Shown here piece by piece: positions 54,101 through 64,000 of a DNA stretch of 64,000 nucleotides. The notes below the pieces were generated by a model. It worked only from the letters and a program-made list of their open reading frames with translations. It was not told the origin of the DNA and did not search any database. The position numbers were made by a program, and so were the translations under genes. The stretch is taken from NCBI GenBank assembly GCA_043228905.1, contig JBHGNT010000106.1, forward strand, positions 21,076-85,075, in the 5' to 3' direction. The DNA comes from Azolla caroliniana (lineage: Eukaryota > Plantae > Polypodiophyta). Each line of letters starts with the position of its first letter. Positions within the stretch are counted from its first letter, which is position 1.

Positions 54101-57100
54101 CTTCTCAACTCACTCCTCAAATTTGCTAATTTCGTCATGTCTCTCGACCTGAGTTTCAAAATCTTGATTTTTTAATTCCATATCGTAGCTAGCGTTGTTA
54201 GCTTCGATTCGCATGTTTGAACACAAAAATCCGATATCACACGAGCCAGGTATGAACATTTTAATTTACTCAAGGGCTCCTCTCAACTCCCTCCTCAAAT
54301 TTGGTAATTTCATCATGTCTCTTGACCTGAGTTTCAAAATCTTGATTTTTTAATTCCATATCATAGCTAGCGTTTTTAGCTTCGAATCGCATGTTTGAAC
54401 ACAAAAATCCGATATCACACGAGCCAGGTATGAACATTTTCATTTACTCACAGGCTCCTCTCAACTCACTACTCACATTTGTTAATTTCGTCATGTCTCT
54501 CGACCTGAGTTTCAAAATCTTGATTTTTTAATTCCATATCATAGCTAGCGTTGTTAGCTTCGATTCGCATGTTTGAACACAAAAATCCGATATCACACGA
54601 GCCAGGTATGAACATTTTAATTTACTCAAGGGCTCCTCTCAACTCCCTCCTCAAATTTGGTAATTTCATCATGTCTCTTGACCTGAGTTTCAAAATCTTG
54701 ATTTTTTAATTCCATATTATAGCTAGCGTTGTTAGCTTCGAATCGCATGTTTGAACACAAAAATCCGATATCACACGAGGCAGGTATGAACATTTTAATT
54801 TACTCAAGGGCTCTTCCCAACTCACTCCTCAAATTTGCTAATTTCGTCATGTCTCTCGACCTGAGTTTCAAAATCTTGATTTTTTAATTCCATATCGTAG
54901 CTAGCGTTGTTAGCTTCGATTTGCATGTTTGAACACAAAAATCCGATATCACACGAGGCAGGTATGAACATTTTAATTTACTCAAGGGCTCTTCTCAACC
55001 ACTCCTCAAATTTGCTAATTTCGTCATGTCTCTCGACCTGAGTTTCAAAATCTTGATTTTTTAATTCCATATTATAGCTAGCGTTGTTAGCTTCGATTCG
55101 CATGTTTGAACACAAAAATCCGATATCACACGAGCCAGGTATGAACATTTTAATTTACTAAAGGGCTCCTCTCAACTCCCTCCTCAAGTTTGCTAATTTC
55201 GTCATGTCTCTCGACCTGAGTCTCAAAATCTTGATTTTTTAATTCCATATCATAGCTAGCGTTGTTAGCTTCGATTCGCATGTTTGAACACAAGAATCCG
55301 ATATCACAGGAGCCAGGTATGAACATTTTAATTTACTCAAGGGCTCCTCTCAACTCCCTCCTCATGTTTGCTAATATCGTCATGTCTCTCGACCTGAGTT
55401 TCAAAATCTTGATTTTTTAATTCCATATCATAGCTAGCGTTGTTAGCTTCATTCGCATGTTTGAACACAAAAATCCGATATCACACGAGCTAGGTATGAA
55501 CATTTTAATTTACTCAAGGGCTCCTCTCAACTCCCTCCTCATGTTTGCTAATTTCGCCATGTCTGTCGACCTGAGTTTCAAAATCTTGATTTTTTAATTC
55601 CATATTATAGCTAGCGTTGTTAGCTTCGAATCGCATATTTGAACACAAAAATCCGATATCACACGAGGCAGGCATGAACATTTTAATTTACTCAAGGGCT
55701 CTTCTCAACTCACTCCTCAAATTTGCTAATTTCGTCATGTCTCTCGACCTGAGTTTCAAAATCTTGATTTTTTAATTCCATATCGTAGCTAGCGTTGTTA
55801 GCTTCGATTTGCATGTTTGAACACAAAAATCCGATATCACACGAGGCAGGTATGAACATTTTAATTTACTCAAGGGCTCTTCCCAACTCACTCCTCAAAT
55901 TTGCTAATTTCGTCATGTCTCTTGACCTGATTTTCAAAATCTTGATTTTTTAATTCCATATCGTAGCTAGCGTTGTTAGCTTCGATTTGCATGTTTGAAC
56001 ACAAAAATCCGATATCACACGAGGCAGGTATGAACATTTTAATTTACTCAAGGGCTCTTCTCAACCACTCCTCAAATTTGCTAATTTCGTCATGTCTCTC
56101 GACCTGAGTTTCAAAATCTTGATTTTTTAAGTCCATATCATAGCTAGCGTTGTTAGCTTCGATTCGCATGTTTGAACACAAAAATCGGATATCACACGAG
56201 CCAGGTATGAACATTTTCATTTACTCAAGGCTTCCTCTCAACTCCCTCCTCATGTTTGCTAATGTCGTCATGTCTCTCGACCTGAGTTTCAAAATCTTGA
56301 TATTTTAATTCCATATCATAGCTAGCGTTGTTAGCTTCGATTCGCATGTTTGAACACAAAAATCCGATATCACACGAGCTAGGTATGAACATTTTAATTT
56401 ACTCAAGGGCTCCTCTCAACTCCCTCCTCATGTTTGCTAATTTCGCCATGTCTGTCGACCTGAGTTTCAAAATCTTGATTTTTTAATTCCATATTATAGC
56501 TAGCGTTGTTAGCTTCGAATCGCATATTTGAACACAAAAATCCGATATCACACGAGGCAGGCATGAACATTTTAATTTACTCAAGGGCTCTTCTCAACTC
56601 ACTCCTCAAATTTGCTAATTTCGTCATGTCTCTCGACCTGAGTTTCAAAATCTTGATTTTTTAATTCCATATCGTAGCTAGCGTTGTTAGCTTCGATTCG
56701 CATGTTTGAACACAAAAATCCGATATCACACGAGCCAGGTATGAACATTTTAATTTACTCAAGGGCTCCTCTCAACTCCCTCCTCAAATTTGGTAATTTC
56801 ATCATGTCTCTTGACCTGAGTTTCAAAATCTTGATTTTTTAATTCCATATCATAGCTAGCGTTTTTAGCTTCGAATCGCATGTTTGAACACAAAAATCCG
56901 ATATCACACGAGCCAGGTATGAACATTTTCATTTACTCACAGGCTCCTCTCAACTCACTACTCACATTTGTTAATTTCGTCATGTCTCTCGACCTGAGTT
57001 TCAAAATCTTGATTTTTTAATTCCATATCATAGCTAGCGTTGTTAGCTTCGATTCGCATGTTTGAACACCAAAATCCGATATCACACGAGCCAGGTATGA

Positions 57101-60100
57101 ACATTTTAATTTACTCAAGGGCTCCTCTCAACTCCCTCCTCAAATTTGGTAATTTCATCATGTCTCTTGACCTGAGTTTCAAAATCTTGATTTTTTAATT
57201 CCATATCGTAGCTAGCGTTGTTAGCTTCGATTCGCATGTTTGAACACAAAAATCCGATATCACACGAGCCAGGTATGAACATTTTCATTTACTCACAGGC
57301 TCCTCTCAACTCACTACTCACATTTGTTAATTTCGTCATGTCTCTCGACCTGAGTTTCAAAATCTTGATTTTTTAATTCCATATCATAGCTAGCGTTGTT
57401 AGCTTCGATTCGCATGTTTGAACACAAAAATCCAATATCACACGAGCCAGGTATGAACATTTTAATTTACTCAAGGGCTCCTCTCAACTCCCTCCTCAAA
57501 TTTGGTAATTTCATCATGTCTCTTGACCTGAGTTTCAAAATCTTGATTTTTTAATTCCATATTATAGCTAGCGTTGTTAGCTTCGAATCGCATGTTTGAA
57601 CACAAAAATCCGATATCACACGAGGCAGGTATGAACATTTTAATTTACTCAAGGGCTCTTCCCAACTCACTCCTCAAATTTGCTAATTTCGTCATGTCTC
57701 TCGACCTGAGTTTCAAAATCTTGATTTTTTAATTCCATATCGTAGCTAGCGTTGTTAGCTTCGATTTGCATGTTTGAACACAAAAATCCGATATCACACG
57801 AGGCAGGTATGAACATTTTAATTTACTCAAGGGCTCTTCTCAACCACTCCTCAAATTTGCTAATTTCGTCATGTCTCTCGACCTGAGTTTCAAAATCTTG
57901 ATTTTTTAATTCCATATTATAGCTAGCGTTGTTAGCTTCGATTCGCATGTTTGAACACAAAAATCCGATATCACACGAGCCAGGTATGAACATTTTAATT
58001 TACTAAAGGGCTCCTCTCAACTCCCTCCTCAAGTTTGCTAATTTCGTCATGTCTCTCGACCTGAGTCTCAAAATCTTGATTTTTTAATTCCATATCATAG
58101 CTAGCGTTGTTAGCTTCGATTCGCATGTTTGAACACAAGAATCCGATATCACAGGAGCCAGGTATGAACATTTTAATTTACTCAAGGGCTCCTCTCAACT
58201 CCCTCCTCATGTTTGCTAATATCGTCATGTCTCTCGACCTGAGTTTCAAAATCTTGATTTTTTAATTCCATATCATAGCTAGCGTTGTTAGCTTCGATTC
58301 GCATGTTTGAACACAAAAATCCGATATCACACGAGCTAGGTATGAACATTTTAATTTACTCAAGGGCTCCTCTCAACTCCCTCATGTTTGCTAATTTCGC
58401 CATGTCTGTCGACCTGAGTTTCAAAATCTTGATTTTTTAATTCCATATTATAGCTAGCGTTGTTAGCTTCGAATCGCATATTTGAACACAAAAATCCGAT
58501 ATCACACGAGGCAGGCATGAACATTTTAATTTACTCAAGGGCTCTTCTCAACTCACTCCTCAAATTTGCTAATTTCGTCATGTCTCTCGACCTGAGTTTC
58601 AAAATCTTGATTTTTTAATTCCATATCGTAGCTAGCGTTGTTAGCTTCGATTTGCATGTTTGAACACAAAAATCCGATATCACACGAGGCAGGTATGAAC
58701 ATTTTAATTTACTCAAGGGCTCTTCCCACCTCACTCCTCAAATTTGCTAATTTCGTCATGTCTCTCGACCTGAGTTTCAAAATCTTGATTTTTTAATTCC
58801 ATATCGTAGCTAGCGTTGTTAGCTTCGATTTGCATGTTTGAACACAAAAATCCGATATCACACGAGGCAGGTATGAACATTTTAATTTACTCAAGGGCTC
58901 TTCTCAACCACTCCTCAAATTTGCTAATTTCGTCATGTCTCTCGACCTGAGTTTCAAAATCTTGATTTTTGAAGTCCATATCATAGCTAGCGTTGTTAGC
59001 TTCGATTCGCATGTTTGAACACAAAAATCGGATATCACACGAGCCAGGTATGAACATTTTCATTTACTCAAGGCTTCCTCTCAACTCCCTCCTCATGTTT
59101 GCTAATGTCGTCATGTCTCTCGACCTGAGTTTCAAAATCTTGATTTTTTAATTCCATATCATAGCTAGCGTTGTTAGCTTCGATTCGCATGTTTGAACAC
59201 AAAAATCCGATATCACACGAGCCAGGTATGAACATTTTAATTTACTCAAGGGCTCCTCTCAACTCCCTCCTCATGTTTGCTAATATCGTCATGTCTCTCG
59301 ACCTGAGTTTCAAAATCTTGATTTTTTAATTCCATATCGTAGCTAGCGTTGTTAGCTTCGATTCGCATGTTTGAACACAAAAATCCGATATCACACGAGC
59401 CAGGTATGAACATTTTAATTTACTCAAGGGCTCCTCTCAACTCCCTCCTCAAATTTGGTAATTTCATCATGTCTCTTGACCTGAGTTTCAAAATCTTGAT
59501 TTTTTAATTCCATATCATAGCTAGCGTTTTTAGCTTCGAATCGCATGTTTGAACACAAAAATCCGATATCACACGAGCCAGGTATGAACATTTTCATTTA
59601 CTCACAGGCTCCTCTCAACTCACTACTCACATTTGTTAATTTCGTCATGTCTCTCGACCTGAGTTTCAAAATCTTGATTTTTTAATTCCATATCATAGCT
59701 AGCGTTGTTAGCTTCGATTCGCATGTTTGAACACAAAAATCCGATATCACACGAGCCAGGTATGAACATTTTAGTTTACTCAAGGGCTCCTCTCAACTCC
59801 CTCCTCAAATTTGGTAATTTCATCATGTCTCTTGACCTGAGTTTCAAAATCTTGATTTTTTAATTCCATATCATAGCTAGCGTTGTTAGCTTCCAATTGC
59901 ATGTTTGAACACAAAAATCCGATATTACACGAGCCAGGTATGAACATTTTAATTTACTCAAGGGCTCTTCCCAACTCACTCCTCAAATTTGCTAATTTCG
60001 TCATGTCTCTCGACCCGAGTTTCAAAATCTTGATTTTTTAATTCCATATCGTAGCTAGCGTTGTTAGCTTCGATTTGCATGTTTGAACACAAAAATCCGA

Positions 60101-63100
60101 TATCACACGAGCCAGGTATGAACATTTTCATTTACTCACAGGCTCCTCTCAACTCACTACTCACATTTGTTAATTATGTCATGTCTCTCGACCTGAGTTT
60201 CAAAATCTTGATTTTTTAATTCCATATCATAGCTAGCGTTGTTAGCTTCGATTCGCATGTTTGAACACAAAAATCCGATATCACACGAGCCAGGTATGAA
60301 CATTTTAATTTACTCAAGGGCTCCTCTCAACTCCCTCCTCAAATTTGGTAATTTCATCATGTCTCTTGACCTGAGTTTCAAAATCTTGATTTTTTAATTC
60401 CATATTATAGCTAGCGTTGTTAGCTTCGATTCGCATGTTTGAACACAAAAATCCGATATCACATGAGGCAGGTATGAACATTTTAATTTACTCAAGGGCT
60501 CCTCTCAACTCCCTCCTCAAATTTGGTAATTTCATCATGTCTCTTGACCTGAGTTTCAAAATCTTGATTTTTTAATTCCATATCATAGCTAGCGTTGTTA
60601 GCTTCGAATCGCATGTTTGAACACAATAATCCGATATCACACGAGGCAGGTATGAACATTTTAATTTACTCAAGGGCTCTTCTCAACCACTCCTCAAATT
60701 TGCTAATTTCGTCATGTCTCTCGACCTGAGTTTCAAAATCTTGATTTTTTAATTCCATATCGTAGCTAGCGTTGTTAGCTTCGATTTGCATGTTTGAACA
60801 CAAAAATCCGATATCACACGAGGCAGGTATGAACATTTTAATTTACTCAAGGGCTCTTCTCAACCACTCCTCAAATTTGCTAATTTCGTCATGTCTCTCG
60901 ACCTGAGTTTCAAAATCTTGATTTTTTAATTCCATATTATAGCTAGCGTTGTTAGCTTCGATTCGCATGTTTGAACACAAGAATCCGATATCACAGGAGC
61001 CAGGTATGAACATTTTAATTTACTCAAGGGCTCCTCTCAACTCCCTCCTCATGTTTGCTAATATCGTCATGTCTCTCGACCTGAGTTTCAAAATCTTGAT
61101 TTTTTAATTCCATATCATAGCTAGCGTTGTTAGCTTCGATTCGCATGTTTGAACACAAAAATCCGATATCACACGAGCTAGGTATGAACATTTTAATTTA
61201 CTCAAGGGCTCCTCTCAACTCCCTCCTCATGTTTGCTAATTTCGCCATGTCTGTCGACCTGAGTTTCAAAATCTTGATTTTTTAATTCCATATTATAGCT
61301 AGCGTTGTTAGCTTCGAATCGCATATTTGAACACAAAAATCCGATATCACACGAGGCAGGCATGAACATTTTAATTTACTCAAGGGCTCTTCTCAACTCA
61401 CTCCTCAAATTTGCTAATTTCGTCATGTCTCTCGACCTGAGTTTCAAAATCTTGATTTTTTAATTCCATATCGTAGCTAGCGTTGTTAGCTTCGATTTGC
61501 ATGTTTGAACACAAAAATCCGATATCACACGAGGCAGGTATGAACATTTTAATTTACTCAAGGGCTCTTCCCAACTCACTCCTCAAATTTGCTAATTTCG
61601 TCATGTCTCTCGACCTGAGTTTCAAAATCTTGATTTTTTAATTCCATATCGTAGCTAGCGTTGTTAGCTTCGATTTGCATGTTTGAACACAAAAATCCGA
61701 TATCACACGAGGCAGGTATGAACATTTTAATTTACTCAAGGGCTCTTCTCAACCACTCCTGAAATTTGCTAATTTCGTCATGTCTCTCGACCTGAGTTTC
61801 AAAATCTTGATTTTTTAAGTCCATATCATAGCTAGCGTTGTTAGCTTCGATTCGCATGTTTGAACACAAAAATCGGATATCACACGAGCCAGGTATGAAC
61901 ATTTTCATTTACTCAAGGCTTCCTCTCAACTCCCTCCTCATGTTTGCTAATGTCGTCATGTCTCTCGACCTGAGTTTCAAAATCTTGATTTTTTAATTCC
62001 ATATCATAGCTAGCGTTGTTAGCTTCGATTCGCATGTTTGAACACAAAAATCCGATATCACACGAGCCAGGTATGAACATTTTAATTTACTCAAGGGCTC
62101 CTCTCAACTCCCTCCTCATGTTTCCTAATTTCGTCATGTCTCTCGACCTGAGTTTCAAAATCTTGATTTTTTAATTCCATATCGTAGCTAGCGTTGTTAG
62201 CTTCGATTCGCATGTTTGAACACAAAAATCCGATATCACACGAGCCAGGTATGAACATTTTAATTTACTCAAGGGCTCCTCTCAACTCCCTCCTCAAATT
62301 TGGTAATTTCATCATGTCTCTTAACCTGAGTTTCAAAATCTTGATTTTTTAATTCCATATCATAGCTAGCGTTTTTAGCTTCGAATCGCATGTTTGAACA
62401 CAAAAATCCGATATCACACGAGCCAGGTATGAACATTTTCATTTACTCACAGGCTCCTCTCAACTCCCTCCTCATGTTTCCTAATTTCGTCATGTCTCTC
62501 GACCTGAGTTTCAAAATCTTGATTTTTTAATTCCATATCATAGCTAGCGTTGTTAGCTTCGAATCGCATGTTTGAACACAAAAATCCGATATCACACGAG
62601 GCAGGTATGAACATTTTAATTTACTCAAGGGTTCCTCTCAGCTCACTACTCAAATTTGCTAATTTCGTCATGTCTCTCGACCTGAGTTTCAAAATCTTGA
62701 TTTTTTAATTCCATATCATAGCTAGCGTTGTTAGGTTCGATTCGCTTGGTTGAACGCAAAAATCCGATATCACACGAGCCACGTATGAACATTTTAATTT
62801 ACTCAAGGGCTCCTCTCAACTCCCTCCTCATGTTTGCTAATTTCGTCATGTCTCTCGACCTGAGTTTCAAAATCTTGATTTTTTAATTCCATATCATAGC
62901 TAGCGTTGTTAGCTTCGATTCGCATGTTTGAACACAAAAATCCGATATCACACGAGCCACGTATGAACATTTTAATTTACTCAAGGGCTCCTCTCAACTC
63001 CCTCCTCATGTTTGCTAATTTCGTCATGTCTCTCGACCTGAGTTTCAAAATCTTGATTTTTTAATTCTATATCATAGCTAGCGTTGTTAGCTTCGATTCG

Positions 63101-63785
63101 CATGTTTGAACACAAAAATCCGATATCACACGAGCCACGTATGAACATTTTAATTTACTCAAGGGCTCCTCTCAACTCCCTCCTCATGTTTGCTAATTTC
63201 GTCATGTCTCTCGACCTGAGTTTCAAAATCTTGATTTTTTAATTCCATATCATAGCTAGCGTTGTTAGCTTCGATTCGCATGTTTGAACACAAAAATCCG
63301 ATATCACACGAGCCAGGTATGAACATTTTAATTTACTCAAGGGCTCCTCTCAACTCCCTCCTCATGTTTCCTAATTTCGTCATGTCTCTCGACCTGAGTT
63401 TCAAAATCTTGATTTTTTAATTCCATATCGTAGCTAGCGTTGTTAGCTTCGATTCGCATGTTTGAACACAAAAATCCGATATCACACGAGCCAGGTATGA
63501 ACATTTTAATTTACTCAAGGGCTCTTCTCAACTCACTCCTCAAATTTGCTAATTTCGTCATGTCTCTCGACCTGAGTTTCAAAATCTTGATTTTTTAATT
63601 CCATATTATAGCTAGCGTTGTTAGCTTCGAATCGCATGTTTGAACACAAAAATCCGATATCACACGAGGCAGGTATGAACATTTTAATTTACTCAAGGGC
63701 TCTTCCCAACTCACTCCTCAAATTTGCTAATTTCGTCATGTCTCTCGACCTGAGTTTCAAAATCTTGATTTTTTAATTCCATATC
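40770..63785 (+). repeat. Large tandem duplication, period 12,799 bp (72 monomers); copy 1 ~40770-53565, copy 2 from ~53566 toward the window end
   Basis: Rare variants recur at exactly +12799: caccaaaatcc 44271/57070, atccaatatc 44631/57430, aacacaataa 47821/60620, cttaacctga 49521/62320, and gagtctc 42423/55222 and 45268/58067. 12799 = 72x178-17. Confidence 0.9.
44760..47520 (+). repeat. Block of about 2.76 kb present in three copies (also ~50800-53560 and ~57560-60320)
   Basis: Private markers recur at +6044 (34x178-8) and +12799: the 3-bp deletion ctccctcatg (45581/51625/~58380), ttttgaagtcc, tttagtttac, cttccaattg, gacccgag and ttaattatgt. Confidence 0.85.
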
Positions 63786-64000
63786 ATAGCTAGCGTTGTT
63801 AGCTTCGATTCGCATGTTTGAACACAAAAATCCGATATCACACGAGCTAGGTATGAACATTTTAATTTACTCAAGGGCTCCTCTCAACTCCCTCATGTTT
63901 GCTAATTTCGCCATGTCTGTCGACCTGAGTTTCAAAATCTTGATTTTTTAATTCCATATTATAGCTAGCGTTGTTAGCTTCGAATCGCATATTTGAACAC

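Larger units (their letters stand above)
1..64000 (+). repeat. Tandem satellite DNA array, 178-bp monomer, about 360 copies, single orientation; probable centromeric or pericentromeric satellite of a eukaryote
   Basis: The anchor TCCGATATCACACGAG starts at 23, 201, 379, 557 and so on (period 178) and continues to the end of the window. Consensus read by eye: tccgatatcacacgagccaggtatgaacattttaatttactcaagggctcctctcaactccctcctcatgtttgctaatttcgtcatgtctctcgacctgagtttcaaaatcttgattttttaattccatatcatagctagcgttgttagcttcgattcgcatgtttgaacacaaaaa (178 nt, 69 G+C). Both window ends fall inside monomers. The satellite call is direct; the centromeric role is inferred from nucleosome-sized units and HOR structure. 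Confidence 0.98.

Noticed and set aside
1-64000. CRISPR array or a diversity-generating cassette array
   Set aside because: There are no unique spacers: the full 178 bp is repeated with only scattered substitutions. No cas, recombinase or reverse transcriptase gene is present.
1-64000. Identification as Arabidopsis CEN178/CEN180 or primate alpha satellite
   Set aside because: Only the length is similar. I cannot find the CEN178 hallmarks I recall (such as the HindIII-containing AAGCTTTGAGAAGCAAGAAG segment) or alpha-satellite motifs. A BLAST search would settle this.

Overview
The whole 64,000-bp window is one uninterrupted, head-to-tail satellite DNA array of about 360 copies of a 178-bp monomer (about 39% GC), all in the same orientation. 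I see no genes, RNA genes, transposon insertions, inversions or CRISPR spacers. The ten listed ORFs are artefacts of single-base monomer variants that remove a stop codon. The monomer length and organisation are typical of a eukaryotic centromeric or pericentromeric satellite, but I do not recognise the family; it does not resemble Arabidopsis CEN178 as I recall it, despite the identical length. The interesting signal is the layered higher-order repeat (HOR) architecture, readable from diagnostic variants. (i) A left domain has an 8-monomer core HOR that grows to 14- and 19-mers, plus one interrupted unit, by adding internal trimer modules. (ii) A mosaic zone at about 12-35 kb contains 11-mer, 4-mer, 8-mer (carrying a 22-bp deletion) and 17-mer duplications. 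(iii) A right domain has a different 12/14/16-mer HOR. (iv) A near-identical 12,799-bp (72-monomer) tandem duplication is superimposed on the right domain. All counts and offsets were read by eye and should be confirmed computationally. I found no evidence of a protein-coding system.
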